A DNA stretch of 64,000 bases, taken from the NCBI GenBank assembly GCA_045538895.1, contig JAZQEH010000089.1, positions 253-64,252 of the forward strand, given 5' to 3'. The position numbers were made by a program, and so were the translations under genes. Below, one piece after another: positions 18,140 to 25,909 of the stretch (positions are counted from its first letter, which is position 1; each line of letters opens with the position of its first letter). Below the pieces are notes generated by a model. The model saw only the letters and a program-made list of their open reading frames with translations. It was not told the origin of the DNA and did not search any database. The stretch comes from Eubacteriales bacterium (GTDB lineage: Bacteria > Bacillota > Clostridia > Oscillospirales > CAG-272).

Positions 18140-18716
18140 AACTTTTTCCTCCTTAGTTTTCGGTACTACATATATCACTCTAAAGAGGAGAAAAGTCAAG
18201 TACAAATATCCGATATTGCTTCAAACTGCCATCGAAACATATCAAACTCATTGATACAGTATTTTCTATGCCGTGTTTGACACTTTGACATTAAAAAATG
18301 CATTTTATTGAAAATTAAAATTAAAATAATTCATATATAAGGGTGTATTTTTTAATATATATATAAGAGAAAGTGGGAATTTTGCTGTAAAATGTGTAAA
18401 ATGTAAAGTTGCAAGCGGTATTGTTGGCGAAACAATGCCTTCAGGTTGTGTTTGATACAAGAATAACCATTTTTTATATTTGAGAAATTGGGGATTGCCG
18501 TGGGTGATTTTATAGATACCAGTATTCCAATAGTACTAAAAATATATTGAATTTAAGTAATTGCACCCATAAAAAAACGATTACTAAGCAAGAGATTATA
18601 GATGCTCTGTTATTCGCAAGTGTAGTGAAGGAAATACTTAATATATAAAAATGTATCCCGCTTTAGACACAATAACACATGGGTTCTAAGGCGGGATTAT
18701 CTTTAAAAATATGGAT

Positions 18717-19871
18717 TTATTGCGCTACAGTCCGGTAGTCAATAAGCAGAGAAACCGCTTTCTTCATTTGCGAACGCACAGAGGAAGAAATTGATTTGAA
18801 CTGAGGAGAACTTTCTAATTGATACATATAGAATGTATCGGGAGCATCACTTATTTGAACAATTGAATTTGCTCTACGAATACGTGATATTACATCCTTA
18901 GCAGACCTCTCGGTATAACTATGCGTATTTATAAGCCAAGCAATAAGTTTGTCGTTGTCAACATAAACTTGTGCCTCGCGACTATTAATGAATTGCTTTA
19001 ATATGGTTGCAACAAATTCGGCAAGTTTAACCGGAACTGCATTGCCTATCATCTGCTCCATGTCTGTTTTGTTTCCTAACCACTTGTATTCGGGAGGAAA
19101 AGTCTGAATCAAAGAGCGTTCTATTGTGGTAAGTGCGCGTATGGAATCGTTTAACGGGCAGGCATCGTTAGGGTTGCCTGGATAGCCTTTCGGTACGGGG
19201 CGATTTACACCTCGCATAGTAGGTGCAGGCTCGTCTATAGAAAAGATGGCTCGTCTACTGTAGTTGCGAGGATGACGATAATAGTATTCAAAATCAAGTC
19301 CATCTCCGAAATAGTCACGTAATGTTGTTTCGTGATTTGATATTCTTTCTAATAGCATGCTGGAGAGAAATCCATCAGGTTGGTTCATAGCACCGATGCA
19401 AAAAAAGCGTTTTCTTTTTTGTGGAATACCGCATTTGGATGCGTCTAATACAATTTCGGTAAGACCATATCCTGCAGATTTGAAAATTTCTCGTGCTTTT
19501 GTATAAGCGTTACTTTTTTGTGCTCTATCGACATTTTCCATAATGAAATATGTAGGAGCAATGTTTTTGACAATATCGGCGTAGGCTTCGGTCAGACTTG
19601 CTCTGCCGCCTTCGATTCTTTTGCCTGCGTGCGAAAAGTCTTGGCAGGGGGGACCGCCGATTATGATATCTGGGGCGAGTTTTTTTATTGATGTTACCGC
19701 ATTGTCTACCGCAGAAAGGTCTTCTCTGAACAATGGATGATTGAAATTGTTTTCGTAGCATTTTGCGGCGGCTTCCCATAACTCGTATGCCCCGACAATG
19801 TTAAATCCGGCATTTTGGAATCCTAAAGACATTCCACCGCAACCGCAAAACAAATCAACAATTTTTTTCAT
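18717..19871 (-). CDS. DNA (cytosine-5) methyltransferase of a type II R-M system, with a C-terminal extension
   Basis: Motif I DLFCGCGG, IV GGPPCQDFS, VI MENV, VIII QKRKR, X QMIGNAVP. Confidence 0.95.
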   Translation of the reverse strand: MKKIVDLFCGCGGMSLGFQNAGFNIVGAYELWEAAAKCYENNFNHPLFREDLSAVDNAVTSIKKLAPDIIIGGPPCQDFSHAGKRIEGGRASLTEAYADIVKNIAPTYFIMENVDRAQKSNAYTKAREIFKSAGYGLTEIVLDASKCGIPQKRKRFFCIGAMNQPDGFLSSMLLERISNHETTLRDYFGDGLDFEYYYRHPRNYSRRAIFSIDEPAPTMRGVNRPVPKGYPGNPNDACPLNDSIRALTTIERSLIQTFPPEYKWLGNKTDMEQMIGNAVPVKLAEFVATILKQFINSREAQVYVDNDKLIAWLINTHSYTERSAKDVISRIRRANSIVQISDAPDTFYMYQLESSPQFKSISSSVRSQMKKAVSLLIDYRTVAQ

Positions 19872-19922
19872 TTTTTGATTACCTCTATACAACAATGTAA
19901 AAATGTGTTATAATACGAAAGT

Positions 19923-19968
19923 ATTATAACTCGTTTTCTTCTTGACGTCAAGATGTTGACGTCAACAT
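19923..19968 (-). promoter_or_regulatory. Sigma-A promoter of the MTase gene whose -35 box overlaps a GACGTC site; second GACGTC 14 bp away
   Basis: Minus strand TTGACG (19951-19946), 17 bp spacer, TATAAT (19928-19923); TTGACGTCAA palindromes at 19942-19951 and 19956-19965. Confidence 0.75.
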
Positions 19969-20005
19969 TGTTGTGTGTTTGCGAAAAAATAGGAGGTTAA
20001 TCGAC

Positions 20006-21064
20006 ATGCCTAATGGCTTATTTGGTATTCATCATTCTAATAGGACTGAAAATGATCATTGGGGCAAAAATTGCTTCAATTCCAGTTTCCCCGCATCGGT
20101 AGCAAGTTATATGTTTGATAAGAATATTACGGCTATTTACATAAAGGTTGATGTAGTCGATGGCGAGTTAAAAATTGTTCCTACTGAAATTCCGATTAGA
20201 GAGGTATTTAATGCCGGTGCAAGGAATTTAGAGGATTTGTATTTTAGCTTTGAATCTGTGTTTCAGCCGTATCAGCAGTATTCATTTGATACCATCGATG
20301 GCATTGATTTGGTAATAAAAGACACTGATGGAAACTATCTTGCTCCCCTTGAAGTAAAATTGACTGTTTTGCCAACTTCCCAAACGAGCACGCAGACGGA
20401 AGATAAATGGGGTTCGGAAATTGTAGTAAGATCTGCAACAACCTCTTACTGTGCATTGGGAATGTTTGATGCCGTTAAACATGACGACCGTGCTATTCGA
20501 GAGATTTTTGAAGAAGCTTGTTCCTCGATACAGATGTGGGATAATAATTATGAAATGACACATAAGTTGCCGCAACTGATTGATGCTATTAACACATTTG
20601 AAAAGCAATATTATACATATCAAAAACCATTATTAATGCAAACTCTTTGGAAAACGCAAGGGCAATCGCCGGTATTAGCTGACCAGGCATTTGATATTGT
20701 TGTTTGGAGCGATTATGCTTTTTCACGGTTGTTTATCGATGGCTCGGAGCAACCCTCAGATACAATGAAGCGAGGCATGAGAGCTACTGCGAGATTGGCG
20801 AGATGTTTATGGGAACTGAGCAAATCCGGAAAGATTCGTGTTGCTGACATTTACAGACAGATGGCCTTTGATAACCAGACTGATAAAGAATTTGCGATAG
20901 GCGGCTCGTTGTGGCGTAAGTATGTTACTACCGACAGAATAGTTAATCTTGCATTGAATAAGAATGTTATTGACGAGATTATCGAGCCTGGATATATAGA
21001 AAGACTACGCCCTGAACGTCGTTTTGACCAAACGCTATATTTTACAGTTCGGGTAAATGATTAG
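20006..21064 (+). CDS. Type II restriction endonuclease, HindVP-like family (predicted GRCGYC)
   Basis: GLFGI..SNR...WGKN.FNSSFPAS N-terminus, ID-LV...LEVKLT PD-(D/E)xK core, TDKEFA, PERRFD; divergent from a C5 MTase. Confidence 0.8.
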   Translation: MPNGLFGIHHSNRTENDHWGKNCFNSSFPASVASYMFDKNITAIYIKVDVVDGELKIVPTEIPIREVFNAGARNLEDLYFSFESVFQPYQQYSFDTIDGIDLVIKDTDGNYLAPLEVKLTVLPTSQTSTQTEDKWGSEIVVRSATTSYCALGMFDAVKHDDRAIREIFEEACSSIQMWDNNYEMTHKLPQLIDAINTFEKQYYTYQKPLLMQTLWKTQGQSPVLADQAFDIVVWSDYAFSRLFIDGSEQPSDTMKRGMRATARLARCLWELSKSGKIRVADIYRQMAFDNQTDKEFAIGGSLWRKYVTTDRIVNLALNKNVIDEIIEPGYIERLRPERRFDQTLYFTVRVND

Positions 21065-21141
21065 AATAGCTTGTAAGGGATGGCAGTGAGTGAGATTATC
21101 CTTCCGTGTAATAAAACTTACTTTGCGTTATTGATTTACGT

Positions 21142-21178
21142 AAAATAGCACTTGCAAAACAAATGCAAGTGCTATTTT
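21142..21178. terminator. Bidirectional terminator between the REase and abiH (third copy of the aaatagcacttgca hairpin)
   Basis: aaaatagcacttgca...tgcaagtgctatttt between convergent genes. Confidence 0.75.
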
Positions 21179-21187
21179 TATAGAGGT

Positions 21188-22162
21188 TTAATAATAAACG
21201 GTTTTAATGTTTTGGCAATAAGGGATAAAAAAATTTTCTTTCTTTTGAAATTCGTCCTCTTGTTCTCCTCGGTAACGAAAAATAACAACTTCCTTTAGGT
21301 GGCGGCAGCAAGAAAGGATATCAGCTAAGAATTTCTTGTCAGCTTCTATTCCATGACCCAATACTACTATTGTTTGTATTTGAGAATAATCAATATCAGG
21401 AATTGGGTGTACTCGATATTGTTTTACGAATTTGTCTATTAGTTTATAAAAGGGAATAATCTTTTTCATTTCGTTTTCGAGACCTCTACCGGAGTTTTCC
21501 CAGTGCTGATAATTTTCCAAACTTGAAACAAGTGTTTTGTATTTGTCACTATCAGGTGTTAGTTTGAATTTTTTTGATAGAAATCTTCGAAATTCAAGAG
21601 CCTCTCTGCAGATTGTTTTTGACCAACGCATATCTTCGTATTGGGCTAAACATGCCTCGTCGCGATAATCATATCCAAGGAGAATATCTCTTTCTTTAAG
21701 AGAGCCATGCACATAGAATATGTGTGGCGTGTACGATTCGGCAGTTTGGGTGTAATTGAAGTTGATAGCGAAAGAATTGATATTAAGGTATTGTTCGATT
21801 GCGTATTTTTTAATTATTGGTTTTTTCGATGTTTCGGATTCAAGATATTCAATAAGAAGAGTATGTATTTCTTTAAAAGTGGTTTCGAGGGTTTTTACCT
21901 TTTTTCTATTGCTTTCATAGTCGCATTCTTCCGTCATAGATTGATGAAACATTTTTTCGGAGAGGATGTTAATATTCTCCTCGAACAAAAACCATGTGCA
22001 GATTGCATCTACATCATCGCAAAACGATTTGAATTCATCTAAACATGGGGCATTTACATTTTTTGAAAAACTATTATAGTCCGTGTTGTATCCGTGTGCC
22101 AAGTCAAATCCATTTCCTATTATGGCGAGCGTGTGAAATTTTTTTCTTTTATATCTAAACAT
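21188..22162 (-). CDS. abiH: AbiH-family abortive infection protein
   Basis: IIGNGFDLAHGYNTDY, FNYT, YVHGSL, ILLG, IVVLGHG motifs. Confidence 0.75.
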   Translation of the reverse strand: MFRYKRKKFHTLAIIGNGFDLAHGYNTDYNSFSKNVNAPCLDEFKSFCDDVDAICTWFLFEENINILSEKMFHQSMTEECDYESNRKKVKTLETTFKEIHTLLIEYLESETSKKPIIKKYAIEQYLNINSFAINFNYTQTAESYTPHIFYVHGSLKERDILLGYDYRDEACLAQYEDMRWSKTICREALEFRRFLSKKFKLTPDSDKYKTLVSSLENYQHWENSGRGLENEMKKIIPFYKLIDKFVKQYRVHPIPDIDYSQIQTIVVLGHGIEADKKFLADILSCCRHLKEVVIFRYRGEQEDEFQKKENFFIPYCQNIKTVYY

Positions 22163-22580
22163 ACATTTACCCCCTTTGATTCATAAAATTGCTTGAACTT
22201 TTCTTGTACATTTTAACACGGAATTATAAATAATACAATATTGCTACTGCCTTTTGCGCCCTATCCTTGTTACGGGGTGCAAAAAAGACATATAAAACAA
22301 AAATGATGTTTTTGTCGATATTCGAAAAAACAGGTGAGCACGGAGCCGTGATTCCTTTTGTTTTGATAATGTGGTCAAAAGACAATTTGCACTCTATAAA
22401 AAAACGGTTACTATTATAAAAAAACGATTACTCACAAGAGCAGGGTAAAAGCGCAAAAAACAATAAAAAAAGCAGCATTTCACTCGTGAAAAATGGTATT
22501 CTCACAGAGTGCCGTGCTGCTTTTATATTTTGAAAAAACTCGCAAAGCCTTATGTCACAAGGGTTTGCGGACAAAAAGCA

Positions 22581-22614
22581 AAAGCACGCTAATTCTATCA
22601 AAATTAGCGTGCTT
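22581..22614 (-). terminator. Terminator downstream of tRNA-Pro
   Basis: aagcacgctaatt...aattagcgtgctt. Confidence 0.65.
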
Positions 22615-22617
22615 ATC

Positions 22618-22694
22618 TGGTCGGGGTGACGGGATTCGAACACGCGACCTCTGCGTCCCGAACGCAGCGCTCTACCAAACTGAGCCACACCCCG
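22618..22694 (-). tRNA. tRNA-Pro(CGG)
   Basis: Reverse complement CGGGGTGTGGCTCAGTTTGGTAGAGCGCTGCGTTCGGGACGCAGAGGTCGCGTGTTCGAATCCCGTCACCCCGACCA; anticodon loop TTCGGGA; encoded CCA. Confidence 0.97.
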
Positions 22695-22739
22695 ATAAAA
22701 AGCATATTAAATTGTAAAAAGTCAACTTCAAGAACCATG

Positions 22740-22810
22740 TTCGGGATAACGCCCGAACGCAAGCACTCATGGTCTTGCGAGGCAAGCCCTTACAAACTGA
22801 GCCACACCGA
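22740..22810 (-). pseudogene. Degenerate tRNA-Pro 5' half interrupted by a hairpin
   Basis: Reverse complement CGGTGTGGCTCAGTTTG-TA[agggcttgcctcgcaagaccat]GAGTGCTTGCGTTCGGG matches the adjacent tRNA; no T-arm or CCA. Confidence 0.55.
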
Positions 22811-22840
22811 TGAAAACATGATATGCTTCAAACTCAAAAT

Positions 22841-22869
22841 ATTATATCACAGGGGAAACGGTTTGTCAA
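22841..22869 (-). promoter_or_regulatory. Consensus sigma-A promoter for the tRNA locus
   Basis: TTGACA-N17-TATAAT with extended TG on the minus strand. Confidence 0.8.
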
Positions 22870-23076
22870 GATTTTATTTATTCGTTGAATGTAAAATGTG
22901 GTTAATATAAACTATTGTTTGGGGGAACGATGTCAGAACCTGCCCCGGAAAGGTTCCGACACCTCCAAACCTTTTTTGTAAAAACAAAATATCTGTAGCC
23001 ACGGCTACTTATTAAATATTTTACAGTTTTTCTTTGGTTCTTTCTTTTTAAGAAAGAACACCTCCGTTACATTAAT

Positions 23077-23379
23077 TTACATCAACAGCAAAAATGCCAA
23101 TATCAGCACGATATCTTCGTTTCCTTCTTTATTGATAAGTAGAGCAATAAGTCCCATCAGCAGAAAATCGTCTGCATCGAAGCCGCCTTTTTCTCTGTTT
23201 CTGAATGCTTCAAGCAGGCAGGAAAGAGGATTTTTTTCTTTTACTTCGCACCCTCGGCAACCATCCCCCGTCCGCTTTTCCTCTGGCGGCGGAGTAACCG
23301 GCAACGTCGGTGGCGGCTTTACGCCTTTATCGTGTGAAAAAGCTACTCCCCCGTAGTTTTTAGGCACGCTTACATACAT
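23077..23379 (-). CDS. Small hypothetical protein with hydrophobic C-terminus
   Basis: DDFLLMGLIALL...LILAFLLLM; last of three tightly coupled small ORFs. Confidence 0.6.
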   Translation of the reverse strand: MYVSVPKNYGGVAFSHDKGVKPPPTLPVTPPPEEKRTGDGCRGCEVKEKNPLSCLLEAFRNREKGGFDADDFLLMGLIALLINKEGNEDIVLILAFLLLM

Positions 23380-23380
23380 T

Positions 23381-23716
23381 TTACATCACCCCCGAAAGCA
23401 AATCTATCAATGACGTTACTTTCATTATATATTCCATCGCCTCCCGTCGGTTGTCCGACAAATACGGCTCAAGTGCCTTTAGTAAAGCAATTCTGTTCCC
23501 GTTGCTGCGGCTTTTGCCTGTATTAATCGGCAATACGGATTCATTTGTCTTTTTTTCCTCTCCGCCATTATCTTTTGCCTCTCCCTCACGCATTTCCGCC
23601 ATAATGGGTCCGAGAGCTTCCATGATTTTAGGCAGTTTTGCGGCGATGTCGGGGTTGCTAAGCAGCGAGGCAACACCTCCGCCCGAAAGAATATCGTTTA
23701 AATTTGGCTCGCTCAT
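23381..23716 (-). CDS. Hypothetical protein (clostridial conserved-type)
   Basis: RIALLKALEPYLSDNRRE motif; GAGGGG RBS; coupled to neighbours. Confidence 0.65.
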   Translation of the reverse strand: MSEPNLNDILSGGGVASLLSNPDIAAKLPKIMEALGPIMAEMREGEAKDNGGEEKKTNESVLPINTGKSRSNGNRIALLKALEPYLSDNRREAMEYIMKVTSLIDLLSGVM

Positions 23717-23925
23717 TGCTTTTTATACCCCTCAAAAAGCTTTTTCGCACTTTCGATGTCCTTATCTGTTGCACCACGCATGGCAGTCCTTAGCGAATTG
23801 AGCGTTTTAGCATCAAGCTCCCCTATATTAATACCGCTCGACAAAGCAAACATACGTATAGCGGCGGCAAGTGATTTGTCGTCAAGTGCCGCAAGCTGAC
23901 CGAGTAAATTCTTATCAATATTCAA
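23713..23925 (-). CDS. Small hypothetical protein
   Basis: GGAGGG RBS, TTG start, ATGA overlap with the next ORF. Confidence 0.6.
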   Translation of the reverse strand: MNIDKNLLGQLAALDDKSLAAAIRMFALSSGINIGELDAKTLNSLRTAMRGATDKDIESAKKLFEGYKKQ

Positions 23926-23992
23926 AAAAATCCCTCCTTTTTAGTTTTGTTACCATTATATGCACCCGAAACAAAAAAATTTCAAAAAGCTA

Positions 23993-24021
23993 TTGACTTT
24001 GTCGAAATATGGTAGTATAAT
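23993..24021 (+). promoter_or_regulatory. Sigma-A promoter
   Basis: TTGACT-N17-TATAAT upstream of the riboswitch leader. Confidence 0.75.
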
Positions 24022-24083
24022 GGCAACAATTTAATACTTCCGTATGACACTTGCAGAAGAGAAATCGACTGTGAGCCGACGGA

Positions 24084-24161
24084 ACTTTGGAGAATCCCAT
24101 TAATTTGGGTGCCGAAGGGGCAAAGCGTTAAACGCCAATCTCTCAGGCAAAAGGACAAAGC
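24084..24161 (+). ncRNA. Glycine riboswitch aptamer
   Basis: ctttGGAGA...gCCGAAGGgGCAA...AATCTCTCAGGCAAAAGGACaaag consensus upstream of an Ala/Gly symporter. Confidence 0.9.
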
Positions 24162-24191
24162 TGATTTTCAAACTATCTTTTTTGTTTTTTT

Positions 24192-24220
24192 ACCGGATTG
24201 CGTTTCGCAGTCCGGTTTTA
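24192..24220 (+). terminator. Leader terminator, probable expression platform of the riboswitch
   Basis: accggattgcg-ttt-cgcagtccggt followed by a T run. Confidence 0.65.
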
Positions 24221-24256
24221 TTATTTTGTTAAATTTTTTTAAGGAGAGGTCATATT

Positions 24257-25825
24257 ATGATTCTTGAAAAGATTGCCGAAATAAACGGCAGTATCAACGG
24301 CGTAGTATGGGGCATTTTCGGTCTTGCACTTCTTATAGGCACCGGAATAATCGTTACCTGCTGCACAAAGTTCTTCCAGATATCTCACTTTGCTACTTGG
24401 TGGAAGAATACAATCGGAAGTCTGTTTACAAAAGACGTTTTAAAGCATCGCAAGGAAAAGGGCGTTATTTCTCCCTTCCAGGCTCTTTGTACCGCTCTTG
24501 CGGCTACCGTAGGTACCGGTAACATCGCCGGCGTTGCGGCGGCTATCTGCATCGGCGGTGTAGGTGCGGTTTTTTGGATGTGGCTTGCAGCATTCTTCGG
24601 TATGATGACAAACTACGCAGAAAACGTTCTCGGTATTTACTTCAGACGTAAGAACAGCGAAGGCGAATGGTCCGGCGGTGCTATGTATTATCTCCAGGAC
24701 GGTCTTGGCGGTTACAAGTACGAGGACAAGAACGGCAAGGCAAGCTTTAAGAACCTTGGCAAGGTTCTCGCAGTTCTTTTCTGTATCTTTACAATGCTTG
24801 CATCCTTTGGTATCGGCAGTATGGGACAGGTAAACAAGATCGTTGCAAACGTTGCGTCTGCTTTTGACGTGAGTGCCCTTTCTTCCATTACCGTTTTCGA
24901 GGGCGTTTCCCTCTACAACATCATTCTCGGTGTAATTATTATGATTCTTACCGCCGTTATTACTCTCGGCGGTGTTAAGAGAATTGCAAGCGTTGCGGAA
25001 AAAATAGTTCCTTTCATGGTCGTTCTTTTCGTTGCGGGAAGCATTGTAATCATCGGTATCAACTATAAGGCAATTATCCCTGCATTCAAGGCTATTTTCG
25101 TTAACGCATTCGCTCCCGAAGCATTTGTCGGCGGCGGCATCGGCGGTGTCATCGTCGCCATGACAAACGGCTTTAAGCGCGGCGTATTCTCAAACGAAGC
25201 AGGTCTCGGTTCTTCTGTAATGGTACACTCCAACTCCAGCGTTAAGGAGCCTGTTAAGCAGGGTATGTGGGGTATCTTTGAAGTATTTGCAGATACTATG
25301 ATTGTTTGTACAATGACTGCACTGGTTGTTCTTACCTCGGGCGGTCTCAACGGCGGTGTATTCAATGCCGCAACAGGCGAGATTGCAGCAGGCTATACCG
25401 ATGCTACTCTCGTAGGCGGTGCATTCAATGAAGTGTTCTCCTGGGGCGATATCGGTGAGAAATTCGTTGCTATCGCAATGTTCCTCTTTGCATTCACCAC
25501 GGTTCTCGGCTGGTCGCATTACGGCTCCAAGGCATGGGAATACCTCTTCGGTGCAAAGACAACCGTTGTCTTCAGAATTATCCACGTTTGCACCATCATC
25601 TTCGGTGCGGTTCTTACGTCTTCTCTCGCATGGGATATTTCCGATACCTTCAACGGTCTTATGATGATCCCCAACCTTATCGGCGTACTCTTTATGATTC
25701 CTATTGTTGTTAAGATCACGAAGAACTACATAGACCGCAAAGTCAAGGGTAAGGACGTAGCTCCCATACTCTCCTATGATGAAAAGATTCAGGCAGAAGT
25801 GGCAGCATCACTCGATGAAAAATAA
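24257..25825 (+). CDS. Alanine/glycine:cation symporter (AGCS family)
   Basis: ALAATVGTGNIAGVA, GAVFWMW, RGVFSNEAGLGS, EVFADT, PNLIG. Confidence 0.95.
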   Translation: MILEKIAEINGSINGVVWGIFGLALLIGTGIIVTCCTKFFQISHFATWWKNTIGSLFTKDVLKHRKEKGVISPFQALCTALAATVGTGNIAGVAAAICIGGVGAVFWMWLAAFFGMMTNYAENVLGIYFRRKNSEGEWSGGAMYYLQDGLGGYKYEDKNGKASFKNLGKVLAVLFCIFTMLASFGIGSMGQVNKIVANVASAFDVSALSSITVFEGVSLYNIILGVIIMILTAVITLGGVKRIASVAEKIVPFMVVLFVAGSIVIIGINYKAIIPAFKAIFVNAFAPEAFVGGGIGGVIVAMTNGFKRGVFSNEAGLGSSVMVHSNSSVKEPVKQGMWGIFEVFADTMIVCTMTALVVLTSGGLNGGVFNAATGEIAAGYTDATLVGGAFNEVFSWGDIGEKFVAIAMFLFAFTTVLGWSHYGSKAWEYLFGAKTTVVFRIIHVCTIIFGAVLTSSLAWDISDTFNGLMMIPNLIGVLFMIPIVVKITKNYIDRKVKGKDVAPILSYDEKIQAEVAASLDEK

Positions 25826-25828
25826 TTG

Positions 25829-25905
25829 AAAAAAGCACAGCTTTGCTGTGCTTTTTTGATACTCTGTTTAAATAAAAGTCCGAGCGGATTACGCTCGGAC
25901 TTTTT
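25829..25905. terminator. Two hairpin terminators between convergent genes
   Basis: aaaaagcacagc/gctgtgcttttt and aaaagtccgagcg/cgctcggactttt. Confidence 0.7.
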
Positions 25906-25909
25906 TATT

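Larger units (their letters stand above)
12505..18200 (-). mobile_element. Compact serine-recombinase integrative, prophage-derived or satellite-like element (boundaries approximate; R-M and abiH up to about 22.3 kb may be cargo)
   Basis: Two serine recombinases, SHOCT-like, HTH-Zn, capsid, cos-like repeats, iterons and DUF4314-like gene on one strand; no terminase, portal, tail or primase gene. Confidence 0.7.

Noticed and set aside
12540-18200. Intact prophage or encapsulin
   Set aside because: No terminase, portal, tail or lysis genes; the capsid has phage HK97 motifs in a mobile-element context and no encapsulin cargo gene
22917-23010. Hairpin-rich intergenic segment (gtttggggg...ctccaaac, gtagccacggctac)
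   Set aside because: May be a terminator or small dispersed repeat; only one copy is visible, so it cannot be classified
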